A program made the position numbers and the translations under genes. DNA of 64,000 nucleotides from an uncultured Clostridia bacterium (GTDB lineage Bacteria; Bacillota; Clostridia; Christensenellales; UBA1242), in contig CALWKF010000001.1 in the NCBI GenBank assembly GCA_944381215.1, positions 65,201-129,200 on the forward strand, in the 5' to 3' direction. Under the pieces are notes generated by a model. It worked only from the letters and a program-made list of their open reading frames with translations, searched no databases and was not told the DNA's origin. Below, in pieces: positions 41,101-50,263 of this stretch (position 1 is the stretch's first letter; each line of letters begins with the position of its first letter).

Positions 41101-42724
41101 GGATCTCGCTAGAAATTATGAAAACAGTAGTTACGACAGTGTAAACGGAACATTTACTTGCACTGGAATTGAAGAAAATATTTATCTAACCGTATACTTT
41201 GCGCTAGTCAACACCCAAATCACATTTACAGCAGAAGGCGTGGATGAAGAGGGCGGATGGTACCTTTACGACGGTAGTAATATGGTTGATACCCAGGGTG
41301 AAATTGCTATCAAATCATACGCAAACGATGTGCGCGTGCAACTAGCTAGCGCATATAGAGATAACGGCGAATACACACGTAAATACACATTTAGCCACTG
41401 GGAAATCAATGGTATTCCCGTATCAAGTGCGAGCGATTACACATTTAAAGTAACTGGCGAAGAAATGAATGTCAACGCCGTGTTTATGCCAGTTGAATTG
41501 CGTGTAACCGCTAATGTTGTCAGAATCAACGAAAACTCAGGCATGTATGATAACCTTAGTGAAGCTGGCGATGTAAAAGGCTTACTAGTAAACACCTACC
41601 ACTATGGCGACGTTATCACTCTTGAAGCGTCAACTCACAAGGGCTTTGTGTTCCTAGGGTGGTATGTTTGGAACGAGAACTTGGATTCGAGCCAAGCAAA
41701 TGGCAGATTCATTACCGATGAGCCAACAATTACTTTAACTATCACATCAAACACCAAGATTTACGCCACTTTCGAGCGTATTAGCAATGTCACTATACAA
41801 ATGTCTGACGACAGCGCAGGCACAACCACTGGTAGTGGTACCTACATGGTGGGCGAAAACATCACCCTGTCTGCAACCCCTAACGCAGGTTACAGGTTCG
41901 TAAGCTGGCAGGAGAACGGTAGTGTCGTAAGTAACGATGCTAACTACCGCTTAACAGTTACTAGGGACGATCGCACTCTACTTGCTGTGTTCGAGCCAAT
42001 TTTTAAGATAACTCTTATTTCTAGTAACGATGACTACGGCAAAATTATTGGCAACACTAGCGGAAACTACCGCGAGAATGTAACCCTAAGGGCTGTCAGC
42101 GAAAACAACTGCTCCTTTGTTGGTTGGGTTATTAACGATAAGATTGTCAGCACTTCTGATACATTAAGCCTAAACCTAAACGGTGATATCGAAGTGCGTG
42201 CACTGTTTAAGAAAAACTTTGACTGGAATATCTTGATTATTTTGGTAGGTTGCGTGCTGTTTGCTGGTATCTTGATTGCTGGTTCCGCAGCTTACATCAA
42301 GATGAGAGAGGCAGAACCAATGCCTGTCCGCGTACTGCTTAATAGCAAGGATGACAAAGAAGCCCTGCAGAAGCCTTCTAGGCGCAATCAATACCGCGAC
42401 ACCATTGAGCCAGTACCTACACGCAAGAATACAAAGGCAAATGTCGCTCCTATCCCTGTTAGAAAGATTACAGTCGCTCCTATTAATCACAAGGGCGAGT
42501 TGGTAGGCAGGACAAAACGCGCCGCTGAGGAGCAACCAACACTAAAGACCGAGACAACTCCTGAAAAACCTATTGAAAAAGAAACAAAGAGTGAAAAGAC
42601 AGAAAAGCCTAAAACCACCACGGCTGCAAAGTCAAAATCAACTCAAAATTCTAAATCAAAGGCAAATAAGGGCAAGAAGTCAGGTGGCAATCACAAGGGT
42701 AAAAAGTCCAAAAAGAAAAAATAA
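38186..42724 (+). CDS. giant surface protein: N-terminal TM, GLUG-motif region, ~10 InlB-B-like repeats, C-terminal TM and ~190-aa Lys-rich tail
   Basis: ATG 38186 behind GGAGG (track TTG 38174 lies in the RBS). YVGGLAGAL...NCYN motifs. Recurring GY(E/R)F(I/V)SW / GFVFLGWY repeat motifs. TM ILIILVGCVLFAGILIAGSAAYI, then ...KGKKSGGNHKGKKSKKKK. Confidence 0.85.
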   Translation: MNSNRFFKLSKWKIMQTVLLLLLGAVVAISFLVPNSISNRNYVSADEVDAVPASSLEGFVPTALGSGEYFETEVDSSVEPNATYYLISDADDLRTLAYFVNTTFTEEQTSELELQEKYSRASYRMTNHIDLSRWTQWEPIGTMANPFSGSFSGQGYSIYGLTIIDDIEEPTTDTYAGLFGNVSYLKDGDTEYKPVIQRLGLKDTIIKTNREYVGSIVAVANGVNPMIYGADAIINPTFRTKTEVENISSDETVNRAYSDAQGSLVIQDCYNVGYVEGGNYVGGLAGALYYGAVIYNCYNAPSTTNAYNTNYDVYSSNANSNIGGIVGAGDFTTMAIVYNCISTVSVSKQDATNSSTNIGYIIGSKSNLAGSTQYTYNVYYNRNFTYSGDFGTGLSLARLSSTSYLTNRGFSITGYNPGTWASNTSTIWAQQSDVNNGVPVLYNVPQLVKYDFVAQDVDGNELIASEAISEAVDTADLEAYDGALLFEQGTSFLTRGTSVMEYKYEFSKWSEYYTANSIEPAEYEDYIANSDISSVQFFTNHDATIIAVFGFKTYTLTLTADPSDKIDGENTIISIRDGISNTYNNVQNGLTVEYNDEITIQGVATTGYEISAWTTMYQDAISGTGADITLSVQAYVDAYMSASQAEIPVSLNIIAHIQPKSYDFSINEIDSSIGTITATVNGGDSLGTSDSVEFGSQIALQATVTDPNYEFISWVISFGNGTTQQIELLNYSFTVQDQGSISITANFDKKKFYVTISSVAGGSASVISATESSTSGNSFYYDETIEIQATASTGYELTGINVYKGEELIDLDSEGMVFDLESGVLTINTLNADIRVVPVFSIMSFDLTVVVTPADGATVTYNGESIVGTNEFVYNTDVPINVFVTEGYELVSITSDDGAVYSNGNFVKVLKDTTITITLQKQTFVVNVTINYDSSSAYSIDASCINGVGQYTYGDVVEISFDTPVMFRFSRWDLARNYENSSYDSVNGTFTCTGIEENIYLTVYFALVNTQITFTAEGVDEEGGWYLYDGSNMVDTQGEIAIKSYANDVRVQLASAYRDNGEYTRKYTFSHWEINGIPVSSASDYTFKVTGEEMNVNAVFMPVELRVTANVVRINENSGMYDNLSEAGDVKGLLVNTYHYGDVITLEASTHKGFVFLGWYVWNENLDSSQANGRFITDEPTITLTITSNTKIYATFERISNVTIQMSDDSAGTTTGSGTYMVGENITLSATPNAGYRFVSWQENGSVVSNDANYRLTVTRDDRTLLAVFEPIFKITLISSNDDYGKIIGNTSGNYRENVTLRAVSENNCSFVGWVINDKIVSTSDTLSLNLNGDIEVRALFKKNFDWNILIILVGCVLFAGILIAGSAAYIKMREAEPMPVRVLLNSKDDKEALQKPSRRNQYRDTIEPVPTRKNTKANVAPIPVRKITVAPINHKGELVGRTKRAAEEQPTLKTETTPEKPIEKETKSEKTEKPKTTTAAKSKSTQNSKSKANKGKKSGGNHKGKKSKKKK

Positions 42725-42728
42725 TACA

Positions 42729-42756
42729 AAAGACTGCTAAATAGCAGTCTTTTTGT
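42729..42756 (+). terminator. rho-independent terminator
   Basis: aagactgct / agcagtctt 9-bp stem with a 4-nt loop, then a T run. Confidence 0.8.
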
Positions 42757-42806
42757 TTGATAAATCGATGCAAATTAGATATAATTAAAGAAAAAAGGAT
42801 AGTGTT

Positions 42807-43232
42807 ATGTTATATCTCGCAAACGATCACGCAGGTTATTCTTTAAAAGAGGAATTGGTAAAATATTTAAAAAAACATAATATCGAGTACGATGACTTAG
42901 GCTCATATTCTGCCGAACGCACCGACTTTCCGCAATATGCAAAGTTGCTCTCCGAAAAGGTAGCTAGTAGTCCCGACAACCGCGGTGTGCTGATTTGTGG
43001 AACTGGAATAGGGATGAGCATCGCCGCAAATCGAAACCCAAAGATTCGAGCCGCTCTTTGCAAAAATGTAAAGACTGCACGCCTCTCTAGACAGCATAAC
43101 GATGCCAATGTGCTGGTTTTAGCAGGCAGAAGCACTTGTAAGTTTCGGGCTAAACGAATTTTAGCAACCTTCTTGTCAACCGACACTTTGGGCGGAATAT
43201 ACGCAGAACGTATGCGTGAAATCGACAATTAA
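42807..43232 (+). CDS. rpiB: ribose-5-phosphate isomerase B
   Basis: LANDHAGYSLKEELVKYL...ICGTGIGMSIAANR is the RpiB/LacAB signature. Confidence 0.92.
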   Translation: MLYLANDHAGYSLKEELVKYLKKHNIEYDDLGSYSAERTDFPQYAKLLSEKVASSPDNRGVLICGTGIGMSIAANRNPKIRAALCKNVKTARLSRQHNDANVLVLAGRSTCKFRAKRILATFLSTDTLGGIYAERMREIDN

Positions 43233-43316
43233 AACTAAAAAACTTGGATTATTCCCAAGTTTTTTCGTATTTTCATAGTCAATATTTAATATATTTATAG
43301 AAAAGGAGTGAGTACT

Positions 43317-43994
43317 ATGAAATTACGTTATCTTTTTAGCGTCTTGCCATTGTGTGTCGCGTTTATGTTCGCAGGGTGTGGGGTGACTGCCGAAGATTTG
43401 ACTAAAAATCACTTGGCAGAACTTCAAAATAACTTCTTTGTGGGTACTACACAAAATTTTAAGGTTTCCTTGTGGAGTGGTACAAGAGAGGAACCGTACG
43501 AGCCTAATGGCGAGTTAGGGGAACTTGTTGATTTCTGTATTATCAGTGTTGTGCCAGTAGGGGATGTAAACACTTTCGGGCTAAATTATACAGTAGAGGT
43601 AAACGATATGACCTATAATGGTGAGTTCGAAAAAAGCCCGTTTGATAATAGCCTAGCCGCTGATATTGGTGTCAGTGTCGAGGATACCGACACTATTTAT
43701 GCCTATATTATCATGGATGGTGTGTCCGAGGTGGGGAAACTCGAGTGCGTCTCAACTAACTTTGCGATAAAAAATACCGATGCGCTAAATATCGTGGTAG
43801 ATAACTTCGGCGAAAATATTTTAACTCTATCTAATAATGGAGAAATCCCAGTTGAGGCCTATTGCAAAATTATCAGTACAGATAAAAATCTAGGCGTGTA
43901 TTTTTGGTACGTTAGAGTCGTAAACGCCGAAGGTCAGGATATATCAGTTGTCATTGACCCAAATAGTGGCGAGATTATGGCAAAAAAGTTGTAA
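43317..43994 (+). CDS. putative lipoprotein
   Basis: MKLRYLFSVLPLCVAFMFAGCGV has a lipobox-like FAGC. AAGGAG RBS 8 nt before ATG 43317. Confidence 0.65.
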   Translation: MKLRYLFSVLPLCVAFMFAGCGVTAEDLTKNHLAELQNNFFVGTTQNFKVSLWSGTREEPYEPNGELGELVDFCIISVVPVGDVNTFGLNYTVEVNDMTYNGEFEKSPFDNSLAADIGVSVEDTDTIYAYIIMDGVSEVGKLECVSTNFAIKNTDALNIVVDNFGENILTLSNNGEIPVEAYCKIISTDKNLGVYFWYVRVVNAEGQDISVVIDPNSGEIMAKKL

Positions 43995-44129
43995 CATTTT
44001 TTAACTCCATTCTATATAATGACAATGTAGAGATAAATCTTTTAAAAGCACAAAAGATTGTAAAATACGAAAGAATTTATACATAATGATAAAATTCCTT
44101 GAAAAACAATAGATTTGGAGGTCCAAAAG

Positions 44130-44342
44130 ATGTTCAGCAAATTATTCGGAAACGGCTGTGGCTGTTCTGGAAAAAATTCTAGTTGCGATGTCCTTACATG
44201 GTTGGTAATTCTCTATGTACTAATGAACTGCGGTATCCTAAACTGTGGTCTTGACTGGTGCACTATCTTAATCTTGTTACTGTTTTTCTGCTGCTGCTTC
44301 AAGAAAGATGGCTGTGGATGTAACAACTATGGTTGCAACTAA
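44130..44342 (+). CDS. Cys-rich small membrane peptide (70 aa)
   Basis: GGAGG 8 nt before ATG 44130 and a terminator downstream. GNGCGCSG...two hydrophobic segments...FFCCCFKKDGCGCNNYGCN. Confidence 0.55.
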   Translation: MFSKLFGNGCGCSGKNSSCDVLTWLVILYVLMNCGILNCGLDWCTILILLLFFCCCFKKDGCGCNNYGCN

Positions 44343-44374
44343 TCTATCTAATTAACTAAACACTCTATCTAATT

Positions 44375-44420
44375 GTACACTCTTAAAAAGCATAATGCCT
44401 TTTAGGAGTGTACTTTTTTC
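44375..44420 (+). terminator. rho-independent terminator
   Basis: gtacactcttaaa / tttaggagtgtac 13-bp stem (one G-U pair), then T6. Confidence 0.75.
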
Positions 44421-44623
44421 ATGTATAGATGCGTTAACCACGAAATTAATACCTAATTTAAATTAAATACTGTCAAATTAACTAAATGAAATAGGGGCGA
44501 ATTTTACCTTTCGACAAAATAAGTCCAAAAGTTACAGAATAAAAGAAATCAACTATCTTAAACTAGAATTGTAAAAAAAGCGATTTTTTTGGTAAAATGT
44601 TTATAAAATTAGCGCGTAATTTG

Positions 44624-44652
44624 TTGACAAAACTTCGGTAATGTTATACAAT
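44624..44652 (+). promoter_or_regulatory. sigma-A promoter for the 44686 gene
   Basis: TTGACA (44624-44629), 17-nt spacer, TACAAT (44647-44652). Confidence 0.5.
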
Positions 44653-44685
44653 TGCAATGTTACTAATTAAACAAGGAGACCTTAA

Positions 44686-47600
44686 ATGAAAACGAAATTA
44701 TTAGGCAAGATTACTTTATTAGCATTTGTGCTAATGGTGACTCTGTCATTCGGTTCAATCAGTCCTATGTTAGCCACCGTTAGCGCAGCTACCACAATCG
44801 AGAGTGCTGGTGACACTGGATATATTATTGAATTGACAGGGTATCAATCAAGCTATGACTTGGATGATACCGAAGATTTTGGCGACGCTACGGGATACAA
44901 ACTCCCTACACCTGTTGTAAAGAGCTGGACTGGCTCTACAACTCAGGTTGAGAGTGGTGTAAACGTGGATGTTACCGTTACCAGTTCTTCTGGTAGAGAG
45001 GTCGCAGTCGCTGTAAGTGGCTCAGACCGCTTTATTCAAGTAGGCAAGTCTGACCGCTACACCGTAACTTACACCGCTACAAACGAAAGTGGCGTAGTTA
45101 CCGCTACCCGCAATGTTACAATCGACATCACTGCACAGGATGCCGAGTTTGAGTTTGACTCTAACAGTCCTCAAATTATGCCCACAGTTGTTGAGGCAGG
45201 GGACAAAATCGTATTCCCATGGCCAAAAGTAAGCTTTGGCGATGACCAATACGCAACTGAGCCAAACATCACAATCACCCTTGAAGGTCCTACAAAGGCA
45301 AGCGAGGGTGCTACCAGCGCAGTTACTTCGCGTGAGTTAGGCAACCAGGTTATTGACAATGTTAACTACAAGACTTACACTGTTACCGAAAACGACACTG
45401 GTACCTTTACCGTAACCTATACCTACGACAACAGCGGTACTGACATTGTTGAGAAGTTTACATTCAATGTTGTTACGACCGCTCCCGAGGTAAATCTCGC
45501 TTACAGCGGATGGTCAAGTTCGATTGAGAACTTGTCGCTATCAGTAGGTCAGGAGGCACCTCTTCCAACACCTACCGTTATTAACACCGCACAAAGCAAT
45601 GTAACAGTTAGCAATGTTTACACCGAAATCACTATCGTAAACCTAACAACTAACAAAACTTACCCTGTAATTACTGACTTCAAGTTTACCCCAGACGAAG
45701 ACGGCGACTACCGCATTACCTACGTTACAAAGGACTTTACTGGTGCCGTTGTTTCGTACACTACTTTGAAGAGTCACGTTAGAAAGACTGGCGACTCTAT
45801 TACCATTAAAGTAGTAGATGACTACTCTGACAAGGTAACTGTTGACGGCGAGGGTAACACCACAATCGACTCTAGTATGGCAGACATCAACGATGTTGAA
45901 AATGCTGACTACGCAATTCCGTCGAACGTTTACCTAGTTGGTGGCGAGGCTACCGTTACATTCCCAGCAATTTATGCAACAGCAGGTTGGGGGGATTATG
46001 ACAACCTTCACTTAACTCGTCAAATTTACCGCAGAAACTCTTCGCAACAAATTCTAGAGCGACAGCAGAAGCCAAACAGTTCTGAGACCTACAAGGCATA
46101 CGAAGAGGCACCTTACACCTTCACATCAGAGGGCGAGTACTCAATTCGTTACATCGCATACTATGTTGACGACGAGGGTAAAGAAATTAATGGTACTACT
46201 AGACAGTTGAGCATCAGCTTCACTGTTCACGATGTTGACGCAGAGCCTACAATCGACCTTAGTATCACTGCTCCAAATGTTACAAAGGCTACTAGAAAGG
46301 GTAGCACAATCACATTCAGTGCACCTACTGCTACCTCTGTAATTTCGGGTACTAACGAAGTTGCCGACGCAAACATCAAAATCGATGTTCGTTACAGATT
46401 TAACTACGGCACAGGCTACAGCGACTACTACACCGCTGAGTTAAACGACGACAATCTATACGAAATTAAGATTGAAATGCCAGAGGGAATGGAAGAGGCT
46501 CAATGGAACACTGTTTCATCTCTTGAAATTTCCTTCAAGGCAATCGATGACTTCTGCGACGGCGTACCTGCTACTGCCGTTAGAACGGTTAGCATCGTAG
46601 ACTTTTCTGCAGACAACACCGCTCCACAACTTACTGCTTTTGACGCAAGTGTTGACTCGAGCGAGGCAGGCATTCTAACTCTTCCTACTGTTACCTTCAC
46701 TGATGACAACTCGAGCATCAGCCTAGTTGCATACGTATTGAAGGGCAACAGTGTAATGAGAGTTATTAACGCAAACACTGGCGATACCGCAACAATTCAA
46801 GGTGCTACCTACACACCTACCGAAGAGGGTACCTACACTGTTACCTTTGTTGCAACCGACCAGAACAACAACATTAGCACAATCAGTGTTAACTACAAGG
46901 TGGACTTCCACAACGGATACTCTGTATCTATTGACAACATCAGCGCACAACAATATGGTACTGTAATCAATCTCCTTGACTACATCAATGTTACCGACCA
47001 CGGCACTGCTATCGACATGGCTGACATGACAGTTAGAGTCGTTCAAGAAGAGGTTACTCAAGAGTTCCTTAATAGTGCCGAGAGTATGCCTAACAACACA
47101 TTGATTATCTATGTATCTGGCGACTTCCAATTCCCGATTGCTGACCGTATCGACGGCGAGATTGTTACTCTCGAGGGTGATGTAACCGTTAGAGCATGGG
47201 CAAAGGATAGCGAAGGCGTATGTGACTACACACAAAATGGTTCTTCAGCAATCACATTTACAACCTCTGACTCTACAAACCCGACCTTCACAATCGAGGA
47301 TGAGTCGCTCGACGGTAGTAACTACGAGTTTACTGACAGCACCGCTGACAACGAGATTACTCTTCCTTGGTTTGACCGCGTAATCGACAACGAGAGCGGT
47401 ATCAACCCCGACACCATGAAGATTGAAGTGTACTACCAGGACACTCCTGACGAAATCATTCACACATTTACTAGTGCAAACATCGATGCATTGAAATTCA
47501 CACCAAATAGACAGGGTAAGATTACTGCCGAGTACTCAGTATCTGACATGATTGGTAACACTTACACCCGTACGTTTACCCTAAACATCGGTGATGTTAC

Positions 47601-48069
47601 TCCTCCTGAAATCGTGCTAAATGATGGCGCAATTACTGCTGACAACTACGTTGGTGGTAAGTTGACTATCGACCTAAACAACTTCGATATTGACAACGAC
47701 GCGCTTGACCCGCTAGAAGACATTGCTATCACCATTACTCGTGATGGTACCGATGTTGAATTCTCTCGCGACAGTGAGAACCGCAACATTATTGAAATTA
47801 CTCTTGACACCGCAGGCACTTATGTAGTTACTTTCGATACTGAGGACACCGCAGGCAACCAGGCACAGACTGTTACTAGAACTTACAACATTTCTGCACA
47901 GTCTACTACTCCTACAAACACTGCAACTATTTGGGGTACAATATTGATTATTGTAGCATTAATTGTACTAGGTCTTGTAATATTCTTCTTTGTAAAGCCT
48001 TCTAAGTCAAAGGTTTCCGCTCCTAAGACTACTACAAAGAAAGATGAGGACAGCAAGAAGAACAAATAA
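44686..48069 (+). CDS. large surface protein with tandem Ig-like domains, cleavable signal peptide, C-terminal TM anchor
   Basis: Signal MKTKLLGKITLLAFVLMVTLSFG...ATVSAATT. Recurring domain starts of D-x-T-x-P type (DNTAPQLT, DSTNPTFT, GDVTPPEIV). TM ILIIVALIVLGLVIFFFV plus a K-rich tail. No LPXTG. Confidence 0.85.
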   Translation: MKTKLLGKITLLAFVLMVTLSFGSISPMLATVSAATTIESAGDTGYIIELTGYQSSYDLDDTEDFGDATGYKLPTPVVKSWTGSTTQVESGVNVDVTVTSSSGREVAVAVSGSDRFIQVGKSDRYTVTYTATNESGVVTATRNVTIDITAQDAEFEFDSNSPQIMPTVVEAGDKIVFPWPKVSFGDDQYATEPNITITLEGPTKASEGATSAVTSRELGNQVIDNVNYKTYTVTENDTGTFTVTYTYDNSGTDIVEKFTFNVVTTAPEVNLAYSGWSSSIENLSLSVGQEAPLPTPTVINTAQSNVTVSNVYTEITIVNLTTNKTYPVITDFKFTPDEDGDYRITYVTKDFTGAVVSYTTLKSHVRKTGDSITIKVVDDYSDKVTVDGEGNTTIDSSMADINDVENADYAIPSNVYLVGGEATVTFPAIYATAGWGDYDNLHLTRQIYRRNSSQQILERQQKPNSSETYKAYEEAPYTFTSEGEYSIRYIAYYVDDEGKEINGTTRQLSISFTVHDVDAEPTIDLSITAPNVTKATRKGSTITFSAPTATSVISGTNEVADANIKIDVRYRFNYGTGYSDYYTAELNDDNLYEIKIEMPEGMEEAQWNTVSSLEISFKAIDDFCDGVPATAVRTVSIVDFSADNTAPQLTAFDASVDSSEAGILTLPTVTFTDDNSSISLVAYVLKGNSVMRVINANTGDTATIQGATYTPTEEGTYTVTFVATDQNNNISTISVNYKVDFHNGYSVSIDNISAQQYGTVINLLDYINVTDHGTAIDMADMTVRVVQEEVTQEFLNSAESMPNNTLIIYVSGDFQFPIADRIDGEIVTLEGDVTVRAWAKDSEGVCDYTQNGSSAITFTTSDSTNPTFTIEDESLDGSNYEFTDSTADNEITLPWFDRVIDNESGINPDTMKIEVYYQDTPDEIIHTFTSANIDALKFTPNRQGKITAEYSVSDMIGNTYTRTFTLNIGDVTPPEIVLNDGAITADNYVGGKLTIDLNNFDIDNDALDPLEDIAITITRDGTDVEFSRDSENRNIIEITLDTAGTYVVTFDTEDTAGNQAQTVTRTYNISAQSTTPTNTATIWGTILIIVALIVLGLVIFFFVKPSKSKVSAPKTTTKKDEDSKKNK

Positions 48070-48080
48070 TGCTTTATAAA

Positions 48081-48108
48081 AGAGCAGGCGAACAGCTTGC
48101 TCTTTTTG
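48081..48108 (+). terminator. rho-independent terminator
   Basis: agagcaggc / gcttgctct stem (one G-U pair), then T5. Confidence 0.7.
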
Positions 48109-48230
48109 TAATTATTTACTTTGCATTTAAATTTACAAATAATCAGCAGAATTTTTAAGCTAAAGCGTTAATACACAAAACTCCGTAAATACGCGGAGTT
48201 TTTGTATTTATTTAACTGTATATAGATGTA

Positions 48231-48259
48231 TTGCAAATATTTAAATTGTGTGATATAAT
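48231..48259 (+). promoter_or_regulatory. sigma-A promoter for uvrBA
   Basis: TTGCAA, 17-nt spacer, TGaTATAAT extended -10. Coordinates are approximate. Confidence 0.45.
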
Positions 48260-48291
48260 TATTATTAATCATTTTGGGGTAAGATAGATTT

Positions 48292-50262
48292 ATGGAAGAT
48301 AGAAAATTTGAATTAGTATCAAAATACCAGCCAACTGGCGACCAGCCACAAGCGATTGATAAATTAGTTGAGGGCATTCACGATGGACTAAGGGAACAGG
48401 TGCTTCTTGGTGTTACTGGCAGTGGAAAAACGTTTACAATGGCAAATATTATCGCAAAACTAAATAGACCTGCTTTGGTGTTGGCTCATAATAAGACTTT
48501 GGCCGCACAACTGTGTAACGAGTTTCGCGAGTTTTTTCCACACAATAGGGTGGAGTACTTTGTGTCGTATTATGACTATTATCAGCCCGAGGCGTACATT
48601 CCCAGTAGCGACACTTATATCGAAAAGGACCTAGCAATCAATGACGAGATTGACAAACTTCGCCACAGTGCCACCTGCTCGCTACTAGAGCGTCGCGACA
48701 CCATAGTCGTGGCCTCAGTTTCGTGCATTTATGGTTTAGGTAACCCCGAAACTTATTACAACATGGGTCTCAGTCTACGCGTGAACCAGGAAATCGATAT
48801 GCGCCTAGTCGTGCAAAAGTTGATTGCAATGCACTATGCTCGAAACGATGTCGACTTTGCGCGTTCGTGTTTTAGATTAAAAGGGGACACGCTTGACATT
48901 TTTCCAGCATATAGTAGCGAAATTGCGGTTCGTATTGAGTTTTTTGGCGACACAATTGAGCAAATTTTTGAATTTGACCCAGTTACAGGCAAAAAAATCA
49001 ATACACTCGAGCACTTCTTGTTGTTTCCTGCTACGCACTTTGGTGTCAGCCCCGAGAATTTGAGTACTGCACTCGCTCAAATCAAGGCCGATGCTGTTAC
49101 CGCGGAGCAGGACTTTGTCGCGCAAGGGAAACTAATCGAGGCACAGCGTATAAAGGAAAGAGTGGCACACGATGTCGAGATGATTCAGGAAATGGGGTAT
49201 TGCAATGGAATCGAAAATTATTCCCGCTACTTTGACGGCAGAGCACCAGGTGAGGCCCCGTATGTGTTGCTCGACTATTTCCCGCCTGATTTTATCACTT
49301 TTATCGACGAGTCCCACATTACTCTACCTCAAATTCGAGGCATGTACAACGGCGACTTGGCTCGCAAGAAAAACTTGGTCGATTACGGATTTAGATTGCC
49401 CGCCGCATACGACAATCGCCCGCTAAGGTTTGAGGAGTTCGATAATAGAATAGGGCAGTTGATTTGCGTGTCAGCAACTCCAGGGCAGTACGAACTCGAG
49501 CACGCAGGTCAAGTGGTTGAGCAGATTATTAGACCCACAGGCCTTGTCGACCCCGAAATCGAAGTGCGCAAGACCAAGGGCCAGATTGATGACCTTATGG
49601 GCGAGATTTTCAAGACCGTGGAAACTGGCGGGCGTGTGCTCGTTACAACGCTTACAAAGCGAATGGCAGAAGACTTAACCACATTTTTTATGGAACACGG
49701 AATCAAAGTCAAATACCTGCACAGCGAGATTGACACTCTAGAGCGAATCGAGATAATAAATGGCTTGCGCGCTGGCGAGTTTGACGTGATTGTGGGCATT
49801 AACTTACTGCGTGAAGGGCTCGACTTGCCTGAGGTGAAACTAGTCGCTATTCTCGATGCCGACAAAGAGGGCTTTTTGCGTAGTGACACCTCGCTTATTC
49901 AGATTATTGGTCGTGCTGCTCGAAATGCCGAGGCAAGAGTTATTATGTATGCCGACAACATCACCGATAGTATGCGCCGTGCAATCGATGTGACCGAACG
50001 CCGTAGAAAGTTGCAGACCGATTATAACAAGGCCCATAACATTACACCCAAGACCATTATAAAAGAGATAAAGAACACTATCGAGATTACTAAAAAGGTC
50101 GACGCCGATCCAAAAGATTTAAAGGATAAAGACCTAAGGGCCGAAATCGACAGAGTAAAAGGGTTAATGCAAGTTGCTAGCAAAAATCTCGAGTTTGAAA
50201 AAGCAATCGAATTACGTGAACAATTAAATTATTTACGCAAATTATTAAGAGAGGAAAAGTAA
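48292..50262 (+). CDS. uvrB: excinuclease ABC subunit B
   Basis: [17 protein letters not shown]...[10 protein letters not shown], helicase motifs, and a C-terminal UVR domain. Confidence 0.97.
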   Translation: MEDRKFELVSKYQPTGDQPQAIDKLVEGIHDGLREQVLLGVTGSGKTFTMANIIAKLNRPALVLAHNKTLAAQLCNEFREFFPHNRVEYFVSYYDYYQPEAYIPSSDTYIEKDLAINDEIDKLRHSATCSLLERRDTIVVASVSCIYGLGNPETYYNMGLSLRVNQEIDMRLVVQKLIAMHYARNDVDFARSCFRLKGDTLDIFPAYSSEIAVRIEFFGDTIEQIFEFDPVTGKKINTLEHFLLFPATHFGVSPENLSTALAQIKADAVTAEQDFVAQGKLIEAQRIKERVAHDVEMIQEMGYCNGIENYSRYFDGRAPGEAPYVLLDYFPPDFITFIDESHITLPQIRGMYNGDLARKKNLVDYGFRLPAAYDNRPLRFEEFDNRIGQLICVSATPGQYELEHAGQVVEQIIRPTGLVDPEIEVRKTKGQIDDLMGEIFKTVETGGRVLVTTLTKRMAEDLTTFFMEHGIKVKYLHSEIDTLERIEIINGLRAGEFDVIVGINLLREGLDLPEVKLVAILDADKEGFLRSDTSLIQIIGRAARNAEARVIMYADNITDSMRRAIDVTERRRKLQTDYNKAHNITPKTIIKEIKNTIEITKKVDADPKDLKDKDLRAEIDRVKGLMQVASKNLEFEKAIELREQLNYLRKLLREEK

Positions 50263-50263
50263 A

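Noticed and set aside
48110-48291. LexA (Cheo) box in front of uvrB, and similarly upstream of uvrC, pcrA and ligA
   Set aside because: I found no GAAC-N4-GTTC-type palindrome. The nearest resemblance (cgaacagcttgc at about 48089) is part of the terminator stem of the upstream gene.
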